NCBI RefSeq assembly: GCF_003991155.1
Contig: NZ_CP031293.1
Length of the DNA: 64,000 nt
Strand: one strand, 5' to 3'
DNA from: Escherichia coli
GTDB lineage: Bacteria > Pseudomonadota > Gammaproteobacteria > Enterobacterales > Enterobacteriaceae
Positions 42,827-57,303 of the stretch are shown piece after piece. The notes below the pieces were generated by a model, which worked only from the letters and a program-made list of their open reading frames with translations, did no database searches and was not told the origin of the DNA. A program made the position numbers and the translations under genes. The stretch's first letter is position 1. The number at the start of each line of letters is the position of its first letter.

Positions 42827-43651
42827 CTATTTCTTCTCTGTAATTTTTACACTGTTTTCCAACTGCTTGATGCTGACCTGCGGGGTCGGCAACTCTTCAG
42901 GCATGGTTCCGCCAAGTTCCTGAATGGTTTGCCTCACCTTGCTACCCACGTCAAAGTGTGTGGTATTAGCTTGCTGTTTTGAATTCACGCCATCCCGCTT
43001 GAGTTTTTCTTCTGTTTGGGTAGCTCGAAAGAGATTAGCCGCCAGTTCTGTTGAACCCATATGATCCAGGATCTTCTGACTCTTTTTCAGCCCCTTCCGC
43101 TGATGGATGGCTTTCTGATCTAATCCACCATACAGTCCCCGGTAACCATGATTCTGAAATATGGCGAAATCGGTAGCTGTCGCTACCCCAGCTTGCTGCG
43201 CTGCCTCAACTAATTGTTTGTTATGTTCTTTCAACTCATTTCTCAGAAAAAGACGCTTTTCGTCTTCACGAAGTTGCCTGAAAGCTTCATCGTCAGCCAG
43301 CTCCTGCCGTCGGGTCTGGATAGCAAAATAAGTTTGCCCTGCCGCAATAACCGGTTTCGCAGGGTCGCCGTTTTGTACTACCAGGTAACAGGCATAGCGG
43401 GAGAGATGAACATCTTCAAGTTCTCGTTGAGCCCCTGAACCTAATACAACCATTTTGGTGGTTTCAACGAAATGGTCAGATGCAGCTTGATTGCTGGCTT
43501 CGCACGCTTGAGTCGCGCGGGCCAGTACCTTTTGAAAATTGCGCCAGTCCCGATAATCCAGTAACGGAGCCAATTCTCTCGCTGACCAAAATTCTTGCCC
43601 TTCAGTGCCATAATGCCGTATTTCTTCAAAAGGTTGATGATGTTCGTTCAT
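42827..43651 (-). CDS. dinD: DNA damage-inducible protein D
   Basis: 274 aa from MNEHHQPFEEIRHYG...; LexA box upstream. Confidence 0.85.
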   Translation of the reverse strand: MNEHHQPFEEIRHYGTEGQEFWSARELAPLLDYRDWRNFQKVLARATQACEASNQAASDHFVETTKMVVLGSGAQRELEDVHLSRYACYLVVQNGDPAKPVIAAGQTYFAIQTRRQELADDEAFRQLREDEKRLFLRNELKEHNKQLVEAAQQAGVATATDFAIFQNHGYRGLYGGLDQKAIHQRKGLKKSQKILDHMGSTELAANLFRATQTEEKLKRDGVNSKQQANTTHFDVGSKVRQTIQELGGTMPEELPTPQVSIKQLENSVKITEKK

Positions 43652-43694
43652 TGCCCACTCCATGTGATATCGATTGCAAGGAAAGTAAGTTTAC

Positions 43695-43714
43695 AACTGT
43701 GTTTATATACAGTT
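43695..43714 (-). promoter_or_regulatory. LexA (SOS) box AACTGTGTTTATATACAGTT upstream of dinD
   Basis: CTGT-N8-ACAG palindrome 44-63 nt upstream of the dinD start. Confidence 0.75.
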
Positions 43715-43872
43715 GTGAGTATCTCACGTTCTCACTGCGCTGGGCAAAAAAACATCGCAAAATCTGGAGCAGGCACGCAAAACAGAATTGAATGTTGCGG
43801 GGAGGAAAAATGCCGCTCTGTTTGAGTGGGCGGCATTTGTGAAGGCTGAAAAGGAAGAATTGGCGTTACGAG

Positions 43873-44736
43873 TTATTCAATGTTCTGAATCTGCTCGCGC
43901 ATCTGCTCAATCAACACTTTCAGCTCAATCGCGGAGTTTGTCACTTCGGCATTGATAGACTTCGAAGCAAGAGTGTTCGACTCGCGGTTGAACTCCTGCA
44001 TCATAAAGTCCAGACGACGGCCAACCGCTTCTTTTTTCTTCAGAATGTTGTAGGTCTCTTTGACATGCGCTTCGAGGCGATCCAGTTCTTCGGCAACGTC
44101 AATTCGTTGTGCCAGCAGAACCAACTCCTGCTCCAGACGGTTGTTTTCCAGTTGCACCTGAGCATCTTCCAGCTTCGCGACCAGACGCTCACGCTGCCAT
44201 TGCAGGATTTCCGGCATATGGGCGCGGACTTTGACCACTTCGGCGCTGACGCCTTCCAGACGCTGCTCAATCAACACTTTCAGCGCCTGACCTTCGGTTT
44301 CACGTGCGATGATAAAGTCGTCCAGCGTACCATCCAACGCCGCGAGAATTTCAGCGGCAATCGCGTCGAGATCCTGCTCCTGGGCTGCCATCACGCCCGG
44401 CCAGCGTAGAATATCAACCGGATTGATTTCCCCTTCGTCACTCTGCATTTTTACCCAGTTCGCGGCAGTTACCAGCTGTTTAGCCAGTTTTTCGTTGAGG
44501 ATCAGCTCACCTTGCGCGCTAACATCTGGCTCATAGCGCAGGGTACATTCCACTTTACCGCGCGTCAGGCGAGAACGAATACGCTCACGAACGACAGGTT
44601 CAAGGCTACGGAACTGCTCCGGCAGACGAAAGTAAGTTTCCAGATAACGCTGGTTTACCGAGCGCATTTCCCAGGTTGCGCTCCCCCATTCACCCTTGAT
44701 TTCACGCCGGGCGTAGGCGGTCATACTGCGGATCAT
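43873..44736 (-). CDS. yicC: YicC-family stress-induced protein
   Basis: 287 aa MIRSMTAYARREIKGEWGSATWEMRSVNQRYLE... Confidence 0.9.
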   Translation of the reverse strand: MIRSMTAYARREIKGEWGSATWEMRSVNQRYLETYFRLPEQFRSLEPVVRERIRSRLTRGKVECTLRYEPDVSAQGELILNEKLAKQLVTAANWVKMQSDEGEINPVDILRWPGVMAAQEQDLDAIAAEILAALDGTLDDFIIARETEGQALKVLIEQRLEGVSAEVVKVRAHMPEILQWQRERLVAKLEDAQVQLENNRLEQELVLLAQRIDVAEELDRLEAHVKETYNILKKKEAVGRRLDFMMQEFNRESNTLASKSINAEVTNSAIELKVLIEQMREQIQNIE

Positions 44737-44862
44737 AGACGTTCCTGTTTATAAAAGGAGAGGTGGAAGGATTATAGCCATCGATGCCTTGTCAGGATAG
44801 GAATAACCGCCGGAAGTCCGTATAATGCGCAGCCACATTTGTTTCAAGCCGGAGATTTCAAT

Positions 44863-45579
44863 ATGCGTCCAGCAGGCCGTAGCAATAATCAGGTGCGTCC
44901 CGTTACCCTGACTCGTAACTATACAAAACATGCAGAAGGCTCGGTGCTGGTCGAATTTGGCGATACCAAAGTATTGTGTACCGCCTCTATTGAAGAAGGC
45001 GTGCCGCGCTTCCTGAAAGGTCAGGGCCAGGGCTGGATCACCGCAGAGTACGGCATGCTGCCACGTTCTACCCACACCCGTAACGCGCGTGAAGCAGCGA
45101 AAGGTAAGCAGGGTGGGCGCACAATGGAAATCCAGCGTCTGATCGCCCGTGCTCTTCGCGCAGCAGTAGATTTGAAAGCGCTGGGTGAGTTCACTATTAC
45201 GCTGGACTGCGACGTGCTTCAGGCTGATGGTGGCACGCGTACCGCGTCGATTACGGGTGCCTGCGTGGCGCTGGCAGATGCGCTACAGAAGCTGGTGGAA
45301 AACGGCAAGCTGAAAACCAACCCGATGAAAGGGATGGTAGCCGCAGTTTCTGTCGGCATTGTCAACGGCGAAGCGGTTTGCGATCTGGAATACGTTGAAG
45401 ACTCAGCCGCAGAGACCGACATGAACGTAGTGATGACCGAAGACGGGCGCATCATTGAAGTGCAGGGGACGGCAGAAGGCGAACCGTTCACCCACGAAGA
45501 ATTACTCACCTTGTTGGCGCTGGCCCGAGGGGGAATCGAATCCATTGTAGCGACGCAGAAGGCGGCGCTGGCAAACTGA
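44863..45579 (+). CDS. rph: ribonuclease PH (intact 238-aa form)
   Basis: From [16 protein letters not shown]... to ...ATQKAALAN; no rph-1-type frameshift. Confidence 0.95.
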   Translation: MRPAGRSNNQVRPVTLTRNYTKHAEGSVLVEFGDTKVLCTASIEEGVPRFLKGQGQGWITAEYGMLPRSTHTRNAREAAKGKQGGRTMEIQRLIARALRAAVDLKALGEFTITLDCDVLQADGGTRTASITGACVALADALQKLVENGKLKTNPMKGMVAAVSVGIVNGEAVCDLEYVEDSAAETDMNVVMTEDGRIIEVQGTAEGEPFTHEELLTLLALARGGIESIVATQKAALAN

Positions 45580-45585
45580 TTTTTA

Positions 45586-45612
45586 AGGCGACTGATGAGT
45601 CGCCTTTTTTTT
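45586..45612 (+). terminator. pyrE attenuator (intrinsic terminator between rph and pyrE)
   Basis: GGCGACT-GATG-AGTCGCC hairpin followed by T8. Confidence 0.8.
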
Positions 45613-45644
45613 GTCTGTAGAAAAGTAAGATGAGGAGCGAAGGC

Positions 45645-46286
45645 ATGAAACCATATCAGCGCCAGTTTATTGAATTTGCGCTTAGCAAGCAGGTGTTAAA
45701 GTTTGGCGAGTTTACGTTGAAGTCCGGGCGCAAAAGCCCCTATTTCTTCAACGCCGGGCTGTTTAATACCGGGCGCGATCTGGCACTGTTAGGCCGTTTT
45801 TACGCTGAAGCATTGGTGGATTCCGGCATTGAGTTCGATCTGCTGTTTGGCCCTGCTTACAAAGGGATCCCGATTGCCACCACAACTGCCGTGGCGCTGG
45901 CGGAGCATCATGACCTGGACCTGCCGTACTGCTTTAACCGCAAAGAAGCAAAAGACCATGGTGAAGGTGGCAATCTGGTCGGTAGCGCGTTACAAGGACG
46001 CGTAATGCTGGTGGATGATGTGATCACCGCCGGAACGGCGATCCGCGAGTCGATGGAAATTATTCAGGCCAATGGCGCGACGCTTGCTGGCGTATTGATT
46101 TCGCTCGATCGTCAGGAACGGGGGCGCGGCGAGATTTCGGCAATTCAGGAAGTTGAGCGTGATTACAACTGCAAAGTGATCTCTATCATCACCCTGAAAG
46201 ACCTGATTGCTTACCTGGAAGAGAAGCCGGAAATGGCGGAACATCTGGCGGCGGTTAAGGCCTATCGCGAAGAGTTTGGTGTTTGA
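45645..46286 (+). CDS. pyrE: orotate phosphoribosyltransferase
   Basis: 213 aa from [23 protein letters not shown]... Confidence 0.95.
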
Positions 46287-46290
46287 TAAA

Positions 46291-46318
46291 AAACGCCGGA
46301 TGGTAAATCATCCGGCGT
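46291..46318. terminator. hairpin between convergent pyrE and slmA
   Basis: CGCCGGATGG...ATCCGGCG inverted repeat. Confidence 0.5.
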
Positions 46319-46322
46319 CATC

Positions 46323-46919
46323 TTACTGCAACTGCGCAGCAATCAGTGGCCAGCGGGCGTCAAAATCATCCGTCGGGCGGTATTTAAATTCGCTGCGGAC
46401 AAAGCGTGACAGCATACCTTCACAAAATGCCAGCAACTGGCTTGCCAGCAGCGTTTCATCGGTGGTGTAACCTTCACCCTCACGCATTCTCTTTTCACGC
46501 AATACCTGACGCAACTGCGCCTCAATACGCTCGAACAGCTGGTTGATGCGCCCTTGCAGGCGATCCTGTTCAAACATTAGCGCATGACCAGTGAGGATGC
46601 GGGTCAGGCCAGGATTACGCTCACCAAAACCGAGAAGCAGCAACACAATCAGACGCAGGCGCGCTGTGGTGTCCTTCTCATCTTTCAGAATCAGATTGAT
46701 GCGAGTAATCAGGCTATCTTCGATAAACTCAATCAGGCTATCGAACATGCGGGTCTTACTGGGGAAGTGGCGATACAGTGCCGCTTCGGAAACGCCGACA
46801 GAGGCGGCCAGTTTTGCCGTCGTGATACGTTGGCTTCCATCGCTGGATTCCAGCATCAGCGCCAGAGACTGAAGTATTTCCTCGCGACGGTTCCTTTTCG
46901 CAGTTTGTTTTTCTGCCAT
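46323..46919 (-). CDS. slmA: nucleoid occlusion factor SlmA (TetR family)
   Basis: 198 aa from [20 protein letters not shown]... Confidence 0.95.
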
Positions 46920-47025
46920 GTTACAAAATACCCCTGAAAATAAGCACTTGCCAGGCGGCACCCACGCTATGACCGCAAACGAAATGTTTGCGGCTATGTT
47001 ATGACGTTATTCGGATGCGTATGTG

Positions 47026-47481
47026 TTACTGACGACCAGAGTGACCAAAGCCGCCTTCACCGCGGTCGGTGGCGTCGAAATCTTCCACCAGATTAAATTC
47101 AGCCTGTACTACCGGAACAAAAATCATCTGGGCGATGCGTTCGCCTGGTTGAATGGTGAAGCTGTCCTGACCACGGTTCCACACGGAAATCATCAACTGG
47201 CCCTGATAGTCAGAATCGATCAATCCTACCAGGTTACCAAGCACGATACCGTGCTTATGTCCCAATCCGGAGCGCGGCAGCATCATTGCCGCCAGTGAAG
47301 GATCGGCAATATGAATCGCCAGCCCGGTCGGAACCAGCGTAGTGTCACCCGGAGCCAGTTCTACGGCGTCGTCGAGACAGGCACGCAGGTCAAGTCCGGC
47401 AGAGCCAGAGGTGGCATAAGTCGGGAGCGGAAATTCCTTCCCAACGCGCGGGTCCAGAATCTTAACGTCGATTTTTTTCAT
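47026..47481 (-). CDS. dut: dUTP diphosphatase
   Basis: [34 protein letters not shown]... Confidence 0.95.
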
Positions 47482-48682
47482 CATAACGGGTCACGATCTC
47501 GTCGAGTAATAATTGGCCAAGGAGCTCTTTGCGCTCAAGCGGTAAGACTTTATCTCCGTCCTGCCAGAAAAGGTGTAATGCGTTGTTGTCGCTGTTAAAT
47601 CCTTGAGTTGGCTGGGAAACATCGTTCGCGCAGATCAGATCAAGGTTTTTACGGATACGTTTTTGCCGAGCGTATTCTTCCACATTATTTGTTTCGGCGG
47701 CAAATCCAACGACGTAGGGTCGATGGTCTTTTAGTGCGGCAACGCCTGCGACGATATCGGGGTTTTTAACCATTTTTATTGTTAATTCATCACCCTGCGT
47801 GGCCTGCTTTTTGATTTTCTCTGGGGCCACGGTAGCTGCGCGATAATCCGCCACGGCGGCGCAACCGATAAAAATATTTTGCTGCTGTACAGATGCATTC
47901 ACGGCGGCTTCCATTTCCAGCGCGGTCATCACATCAACACGGTTAACAAACGGTGGCGTCGGTAGTGAAACCGGACCTGATACCAGCGTGACGTTCGCGC
48001 CACGACGGGCTGCGGCGGCGGCGATAGCAAAACCCATCTTGCCGGAGCTGTGATTAGAGATATAACGCACGGGATCGAGCGGTTCACGCGTCGGACCGGC
48101 GGTAATCATAATGTTCAGATGTTTCAGGTCGTTGACGGGCGAAAAATGCGCCACCGCCATATCCACAATGGTTAACGGATCGAGCATTCGCCCTGGGCCG
48201 ATATCACCACAAGCCTGACTGCCGCTGTCTGGCCCCCAGATGAGCAAACCACGGGAAGCAAGCACCTCTAAATTATGCTGCGTGGCAGCGGCACGGTACA
48301 TCTGCTGGTTCATGGCGGGGAGCACGGCTACAGGCGCAGGTGTAGCCAGACAAATCGTCGATACCAGGTCATTCGCCATTCCGGCAGCAACACGGGCAAT
48401 CAAATCTGCCGTGGCAGGGGCGAGAATCACTAAATCAGCCCATTTACCCAGCTCAATATGGCCCATAGCGGCTTCGGCTGCCGGGTCCAGCAGACTGTCG
48501 GAAACGGGATAACCAGAAACCGCCTGCAAGCTAAGTGGGGTGATAAAGGCTTTTGCCGCTTCGGTCATGGCTACGCGGACGTCGGCCCCGCGATCGCGCA
48601 AACGACGCACCAGTTCAGGGGTTTTATAGGCAGCAATACCGCCGCTGACGCCGAGAACGATTTTTTTACCGGCCAGGCTCAT
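47462..48682 (-). CDS. coaBC: phosphopantothenoylcysteine decarboxylase / phosphopantothenate-cysteine ligase
   Basis: 406 aa from [20 protein letters not shown]... Confidence 0.95.
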
Positions 48683-48847
48683 GATGATTTTTCCTGTTGG
48701 GTGACACCAGAAGTTGGCGATTTTATCACAATACTTTTGTTGTCGTGCCTTCACCTGAGAATCACTTTGCGAGGCGCTTTCCAGGATTGAAAACTGGCCG
48801 TCGATTTAACGGAACGGCTATGACAGGATGCGAGCACCACAAAGGAG

Positions 48848-49522
48848 GTGAAGGTGAAAAACAATGCACAGCTGTTGATGCCGCGCGAAAAAATGCTGAA
48901 GTTTGGTATTAGCGCCTTAACGGATGTCGAGCTGCTGGCGCTATTTCTGCGTACCGGAACGCGCGGTAAAGATGTATTAACCCTGGCAAAAGAGATGCTG
49001 GAGAATTTCGGCTCTCTTTATGGCTTGTTAACCTCTGAATATGAACAGTTTAGTGGCGTTCATGGAATTGGCGTGGCGAAATTCGCCCAGTTAAAGGGGA
49101 TTGCCGAACTGGCGCGGCGTTACTACAACGTGCGGATGCGTGAAGAAAGCCCTTTACTCAGCCCGGAGATGACGAGGGAATTTTTACAAAGCCAGCTTAC
49201 GGGCGAGGAGCGGGAGATCTTTATGGTGATCTTTCTCGACTCACAACACCGGGTTATAACGCATAGCCGTCTTTTTTCCGGCACGCTAAACCATGTTGAA
49301 GTCCATCCTCGGGAAATTATCCGCGAAGCGATAAAAATAAATGCCTCGGCGCTGATCCTTGCACATAATCACCCTTCGGGTTGTGCTGAACCCAGTAAAG
49401 CGGATAAACTCATTACTGAACGGATAATAAAGAGTTGTCAGTTCATGGATTTACGCGTGCTCGACCATATCGTGATTGGGCGTGGAGAGTATGTTTCTTT
49501 TGCCGAACGCGGCTGGATTTAA
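48848..49522 (+). CDS. yicR: RadC-family (JAB/MPN domain) protein
   Basis: HNHPSG JAMM-like motif; GTG start at 48848 or 48854. Confidence 0.85.
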
Positions 49523-49717
49523 CCCGCTATGCGCGATCCTTCGGGATCTTTGTCTGTTCGGGACTTGAGCACATCGCTGAGTCAGCGTATACTACGCCAC
49601 CTTTGAGAATCTCGGGTTTGGCATTTGGGCCTGGCAATCGAGAGTTCACATAGAACTGCGATGACCGGGCTGTAAAGCCTGACGAGGCGCCAATACCCCA
49701 TACGAAGCTCGAGCTAA

Positions 49718-49975
<258 letters not shown>

Positions 49976-49992
49976 GTACTTAGAGGAAATAA

Positions 49993-50163
<171 letters not shown>

Positions 50164-50185
50164 TTCTCGCTTTGATGTAACGAAA

Positions 50186-50211
50186 AACCTCGCTCCGGCG
50201 GGGTTTTTTGT
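50186..50211 (+). terminator. intrinsic terminator after rpmG
   Basis: GC-rich hairpin CTCGCTCCGGCGGGG followed by TTTTTTG. Confidence 0.6.
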
Positions 50212-50260
50212 TATCTGCTTGCCCCCATATTGACTGCATCTGTTCATTCCTGGAGATGCT

Positions 50261-51070
50261 ATGCCTGAATTACCCGAAGTTGAAACCAGCCGTCGCGGCA
50301 TAGAACCGCATCTCGTTGGTGCAACCATTCTTCATGCGGTGGTGCGCAACGGACGCTTGCGCTGGCCGGTTTCAGAAGAGATCTACCGTTTAAGCGACCA
50401 ACCAGTGCTTAGCGTGCAGCGCCGGGCTAAATATCTGCTGCTGGAGCTGCCTGAGGGCTGGATTATCATTCATTTGGGGATGTCTGGCAGCCTGCGCATC
50501 CTTCCAGAAGAACTTCCCCCTGAAAAGCATGACCATGTGGATTTGGTGATGAGCAACGGCAAAGTGCTGCGCTACACCGATCCGCGCCGCTTTGGTGCCT
50601 GGCTATGGACCAAAGAGCTGGAAGGGCACAACGTTCTGGCCCATCTTGGACCGGAGCCGCTTAGTGACGATTTCAACGGTGAGTACCTGCATCAGAAGTG
50701 CGCGAAGAAAAAAACGGCGATTAAACCGTGGCTGATGGATAACAAGCTGGTGGTAGGGGTAGGGAATATCTATGCCAGCGAATCTCTGTTTGCGGCGGGG
50801 ATCCATCCGGATCGGCTGGCGTCATCACTGTCGCTGGCAGAGTGTGAATTGTTAGCTCGGGTGATTAAAGCGGTGTTGCTGCGTTCGATTGAGCAGGGTG
50901 GTACAACGCTGAAAGATTTTCTGCAAAGTGATGGTAAACCGGGCTATTTCGCGCAGGAATTGCAGGTTTACGGGCGAAAAGGCGAGCCGTGTCGGGTGTG
51001 CGGTACGCCGATTGTGGCGACTAAACATGCGCAGCGGGCAACGTTTTATTGTCGGCAGTGCCAGAAGTAA
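50261..51070 (+). CDS. mutM: formamidopyrimidine-DNA glycosylase
   Basis: 269 aa [16 protein letters not shown]..., C-terminal zinc finger CRVCGTPI...CRQC. Confidence 0.95.
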
Positions 51071-51077
51071 TTGATGC

Positions 51078-51099
51078 GAGCCGGATGGCATACCATCCG
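51078..51099. terminator. hairpin between convergent mutM and coaD
   Basis: GCCGGATGG...CCATCCGGC inverted repeat. Confidence 0.5.
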
Positions 51100-51108
51100 G
51101 CATAAACG

Positions 51109-52873
<1,765 letters not shown>

Positions 52874-53224
52874 AGTAAATAGCTGACTTATGGATGTGCT
52901 GGGGATTCTATGTATTTAGCTGTGGCTTTACCATTACTTTTCCCGTTTTTGACTTAAATAGCAATTTACCCGCCAATTCTTGCTGAACATCTATACTTTT
53001 TTTGTATTTTTATGCGATTCATTGATTTCTGCAGTACGTGCAGGAAGGAATCGCAGAGCAACAGTAAAAGAATATGGTTGCTAATGATTTTATTTGATTG
53101 ATTTCTTTATTGAAAATCAACAATGTGCTTAAAAATCATTCGGGTCGGATTGCCGCGAAAGAAGTGATACACTAGCGCGTCAATATCAGTGCGGTATCAG
53201 TATTCAGGTAGCTGTTGAGCCTGG

Positions 53225-53236
53225 GGCGGTAGCGTG
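53225..53236 (+). promoter_or_regulatory. ops element GGCGGTAGCGTG in the waaQ operon leader (RfaH recruitment site)
   Basis: Exact 12-mer ~50 nt upstream of waaQ start on the coding strand. Confidence 0.8.
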
Positions 53237-53285
53237 CTTTTTCTGCTTCACCTTAATCGGATAATCTCAACAAAAAGAGTTACTT

Positions 53286-54344
53286 GTGGATAAGCCATTT
53301 CGAAGAATTTTGCTCATTAAGATGCGTTTTCATGGGGATATGTTATTAACTACTCCCGTCATTAGTTCGCTGAAAAAAAATTACCCTGACGCAAAAATCG
53401 ATGTGCTGCTTTATCAGGACACCATCCCGATCCTGTCTGAAAATCCAGAGATTAACGCGCTCTACGGCATAAAAAATAAAAAAGCAAAAGCCTCAGAAAA
53501 AATTGCCAACTTTTTCCATCTCATCAAGATATTACGTGCCAATAAGTATGACCTTATCGTTAATCTTACCGATCAATGGATGGTTGCTATACTGGTTCGC
53601 TTATTAAATGCCCGTGTGAAAATTTCCCAGGATTATCATCATCGGCAGTCTGCTTTTTGGCGTAATAGTTTCACTCATTTGGTGCCGTTGCAGGGTGGAA
53701 ATGTGGTGGAAAGTAACTTATCCGTGCTGACGCCATTGGGACTTGAATCGTTGGTGAAGCAGACAACCATGAGTTACCCGCCTGCAAGCTGGAAACGTAT
53801 GCGTCGCGAACTTGATCACGCTGGTGTTGGACAAAATTATGTGGTTATCCAACCTACGGCGCGGCAAATCTTCAAATGCTGGGACAACGCCAAGTTTTCC
53901 GCTGTGATTGATGCCTTACATGCTCGTGGTTATGAAGTCGTTCTGACGTCCGGCCCAGATAAAGACGATCTGGCCTGCGTCAATGAAATTGCGCAGGGAT
54001 GCCAGACGCCACCAGTAACGGCGCTGGCCGGAAAGGTGACCTTCCCGGAACTTGGTGCGTTAATCGATCATGCGCAGCTGTTTATTGGCGTTGATTCCGC
54101 ACCGGCGCATATTGCCGCTGCAGTTAATACGCCGCTGATATCGCTGTTTGGTGCGACAGACCATATTTTCTGGCGTCCCTGGTCAAATAACATGATTCAA
54201 TTCTGGGCGGGAGATTACCGGGAAATGCCAACGCGCGATCAGCGTGACCGAAATGAGATGTATCTTTCGGTTATTCCGGCGGCAGATGTCATTGCAGCTG
54301 TCGATAAATTACTTCCCTCCTCCACGACAGGTACGTCGTTATGA
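53286..54344 (+). CDS. waaQ: LPS heptosyltransferase III (GT9)
   Basis: First gene after ops; GTG at 53286 or internal ATG as start. Confidence 0.85.
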   Translation: MDKPFRRILLIKMRFHGDMLLTTPVISSLKKNYPDAKIDVLLYQDTIPILSENPEINALYGIKNKKAKASEKIANFFHLIKILRANKYDLIVNLTDQWMVAILVRLLNARVKISQDYHHRQSAFWRNSFTHLVPLQGGNVVESNLSVLTPLGLESLVKQTTMSYPPASWKRMRRELDHAGVGQNYVVIQPTARQIFKCWDNAKFSAVIDALHARGYEVVLTSGPDKDDLACVNEIAQGCQTPPVTALAGKVTFPELGALIDHAQLFIGVDSAPAHIAAAVNTPLISLFGATDHIFWRPWSNNMIQFWAGDYREMPTRDQRDRNEMYLSVIPAADVIAAVDKLLPSSTTGTSL

Positions 54345-55465
54345 TCGTTGCTTTTTGTTTATATAAATATTTTCCCTTTGGCGGTTTGCAGCGCGATTTT
54401 ATGCGCATTGCTCAGACAGTTGCCGCCCGAGGTCATCATGTTCGGGTTTATACCCAGTCGTGGGAAGGCGAATGCCCTGATGTATTTGAACTGATCAAAG
54501 TGCCGGTTAAATCGCATACCAATCACGGGCGCAATGCGGAATATTTTGCCTGGGTGCAAAAACATTTACGTGAACACCCCGTCGATAGAGTCGTTGGATT
54601 TAATAAAATGCCGGGGCTGGACGTTTATTATGCCGCTGATGTTTGTTATGCCGAGAAAGTAGCGCAGGAGAAAGGCTTTTTCTATCGCCTGACGTCACGT
54701 TATCGCCATTATGCCGCCTTTGAGCGGGCAACCTTCGAACAGGGCAAGCCGACACAGCTGCTGATGCTGACAGATAAGCAAATCGCCGATTTCCAGAAAC
54801 ATTATCAGACTGAGGCGGAGCGTTTTCATATTCTGCCACCGGGGATTTATCCTGATCGTAAATATAGCCAGCAACCAGCGAATAGCCGTGAAATCTTCCG
54901 TAAGAAGAATGGAATAACCGAACAACAATATTTATTGTTGCAGGTCGGTTCAGACTTCACGCGTAAAGGTGTCGATCGTTCCATTGAAGCACTTGCTTCG
55001 TTACCGGATTCGCTGCGCCACAACACATTACTATATGTTGTTGGGCAGGATAAACCGCGAAAATTTGAGGCGCTGGCAGAAAAACGCGGCGTGCGCAGTA
55101 ATGTTCACTTCTTCTCGGGGCGCAACGATGTCTCGGAATTAATGGCGGCGGCGGATTTATTACTTCATCCTGCCTACCAGGAAGCGGCGGGAATTGTGTT
55201 GCTGGAAGCGATAACTGCAGGATTACCGGTACTAACAACAGCCGTTTGTGGCTATGCGCATTATATTGTCGACGCCAATTGCGGCGAGGCTATTGCTGAG
55301 CCATTCCGCCAGGAAACATTGAATGAGATTTTACGCAAAGCGTTAACGCAATCTTCATTGCGCCAGGCCTGGGCGGAAAATGCGCGACATTATGCTGATA
55401 CACAAGATTTATACAGTCTGCCAGAGAAAGCGGCGGACATCATAACGGGTGGTCTGGATGGTTGA
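54341..55465 (+). CDS. waaG: LPS glucosyltransferase I (GT4)
   Basis: 374 aa; conserved position and GT4 features. Confidence 0.9.
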   Translation: MIVAFCLYKYFPFGGLQRDFMRIAQTVAARGHHVRVYTQSWEGECPDVFELIKVPVKSHTNHGRNAEYFAWVQKHLREHPVDRVVGFNKMPGLDVYYAADVCYAEKVAQEKGFFYRLTSRYRHYAAFERATFEQGKPTQLLMLTDKQIADFQKHYQTEAERFHILPPGIYPDRKYSQQPANSREIFRKKNGITEQQYLLLQVGSDFTRKGVDRSIEALASLPDSLRHNTLLYVVGQDKPRKFEALAEKRGVRSNVHFFSGRNDVSELMAAADLLLHPAYQEAAGIVLLEAITAGLPVLTTAVCGYAHYIVDANCGEAIAEPFRQETLNEILRKALTQSSLRQAWAENARHYADTQDLYSLPEKAADIITGGLDG

Positions 55466-56255
55466 ACTTAAAGAGCCGTTTGCCACGTTATGGCGCGGTA
55501 AAGATCCTTTTGAGGAAGTTAAAACCTTGCAGGGTGAGGTATTTCGTGAACTGGAAACTCGCCGCACTCTGCGCTTTGAAATGGCGGGCAAAAGCTATTT
55601 TCTCAAATGGCATCGCGGCACGACCCTGAAAGAGATAATCAAAAATTTACTCTCATTGCGGATGCCAATATTAGGCGCAGACCGCGAATGGAATGCGATT
55701 CATCGACTGCGGGATGTCGGCGTTGATACTATGTATGGGGTGGCATTCGGCGAAAAAGGCATTAATCCGCTGACCAGAACCTCGTTTATTATTACCGAAG
55801 ATCTGACACCAACCATCAGTCTGGAAGATTACTGTGCTGACTGGGCGACCAACCCACCAGATGTTCGCGTAAAGCGTATGCTTATTAAGCGTGTCGCGAC
55901 GATGGTGCGCGATATGCATGCTGCGGGCATTAACCACCGTGACTGTTATATCTGTCATTTCCTGCTGCACTTGCCTTTTTCCGGTAAGGAAGAGGAGTTA
56001 AAAATTTCAGTAATTGACCTGCACCGGGCGCAGCTTCGCACGCGCGTTCCACGTCGTTGGCGCGATAAAGATCTTATTGGACTTTATTTTTCTTCGATGA
56101 ATATTGGCCTGACTCAACGGGATATCTGGCGGTTTATGAAAGTGTATTTTGTCGCCCCGCTTAAAGACATTCTCAAGCAGGAACAAGGGCTGCTGTCGCA
56201 AGCAGAAGAAAAAGCCACAAAAATCAGGGAAAGAACGATTCGAAAATCGTTGTAA
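55458..56255 (+). CDS. waaP: LPS core heptose(I) kinase
   Basis: 265 aa from [21 protein letters not shown]... Confidence 0.9.
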   Translation: MVELKEPFATLWRGKDPFEEVKTLQGEVFRELETRRTLRFEMAGKSYFLKWHRGTTLKEIIKNLLSLRMPILGADREWNAIHRLRDVGVDTMYGVAFGEKGINPLTRTSFIITEDLTPTISLEDYCADWATNPPDVRVKRMLIKRVATMVRDMHAAGINHRDCYICHFLLHLPFSGKEEELKISVIDLHRAQLRTRVPRRWRDKDLIGLYFSSMNIGLTQRDIWRFMKVYFVAPLKDILKQEQGLLSQAEEKATKIRERTIRKSL

Positions 56256-56270
56256 TTTCCGGAGAGAAAT

Positions 56271-57287
56271 ATGAGTGCCCACTATTTTAATCCACAAGAG
56301 ATGATCAATAAGACAATCATCTTCGATGAAAGGCCAGAGGCGTCAGTGGCATCATCATTCCATGTTGCTTATGGCATTGATCAGAACTTTCTTTTTGGTT
56401 GTGGTGTTTCAATCACGTCAGTTTTGTTACATAACAACGACGTGAGTTTTGTCTTCCACGTTTTTATTGATGATATCCCTGACGCCGATATCCAGCGTTT
56501 ATCCCAATTGGCGAAAAGCTATCATACCTGTATCCAGATCCATCTGGTAAATTGTGAACGGCTTAAGGTATTACCGACGACCAAAAATTGGTCTATTGCC
56601 ATGTATTTCCGTTTTGTAATTGCAGATTACTTTATTGATCAACAAGATAAGATCCTGTACCTGGATGCTGATATCGCCTGTCAGGGAACCTTAAAACCGC
56701 TGATAACAATGGATCTTGCCAATAGCGTTGCTGCTGTTGTTACTGAACGCGATGCTAACTGGTGGTCGTTACGGGCTCAAAGTCTGCAGTGTAATGAACT
56801 TGAAAAGGGTTACTTTAATTCAGGTGTCCTGTTAATTAATACACCTGCGTGGGCGCAGGAGTCCGTTTCTGCTAAAGCGATGTCGATGCTTGCTGATAAA
56901 GCCGTCGTTTCCCGTTTAACCTATATGGATCAAGATATACTAAATCTTATCCTGTTAGGGAAAGTTAAATTCATTGATGCTAAATACAATACGCAATTTA
57001 GTTTAAATTATGAATTAAAAAAATCATTTATTTGTCCAATTAATGATGAAACCGTATTAATTCATTATGTCGGCCCGACAAAACCCTGGCATTACTGGGC
57101 CGGTTATCCAAGCGCGCAGCCATTTATCAAAGCCAAAGAAGCATCGCCCTGGAAAAATGAACAGTTAATGCGGCCAATTAACTCAAATTATGCTCGTTAT
57201 TGCGCCAAGCATAATTTTAAACAAAATAAACCAATTAACGGGATAATGAATTATATTTATTATTTTTATTTAAAGATAATAAAATGA
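56271..57287 (+). CDS. waaO: GT8 LPS core alpha-1,3-glucosyltransferase (R1-type waaO position)
   Basis: 338-aa GT8 protein directly after waaP; gene order fits R1/R4 core types. Confidence 0.6.
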   Translation: MSAHYFNPQEMINKTIIFDERPEASVASSFHVAYGIDQNFLFGCGVSITSVLLHNNDVSFVFHVFIDDIPDADIQRLSQLAKSYHTCIQIHLVNCERLKVLPTTKNWSIAMYFRFVIADYFIDQQDKILYLDADIACQGTLKPLITMDLANSVAAVVTERDANWWSLRAQSLQCNELEKGYFNSGVLLINTPAWAQESVSAKAMSMLADKAVVSRLTYMDQDILNLILLGKVKFIDAKYNTQFSLNYELKKSFICPINDETVLIHYVGPTKPWHYWAGYPSAQPFIKAKEASPWKNEQLMRPINSNYARYCAKHNFKQNKPINGIMNYIYYFYLKIIK

Positions 57288-57303
57288 CATTGAGAAAAGT
57301 TAA

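Noticed and set aside
44863-45579. rph-1-type frameshift affecting pyrE expression
   Set aside because: The rph ORF reads through to the full 238-aa C-terminus, so the K-12 laboratory-strain lesion is absent
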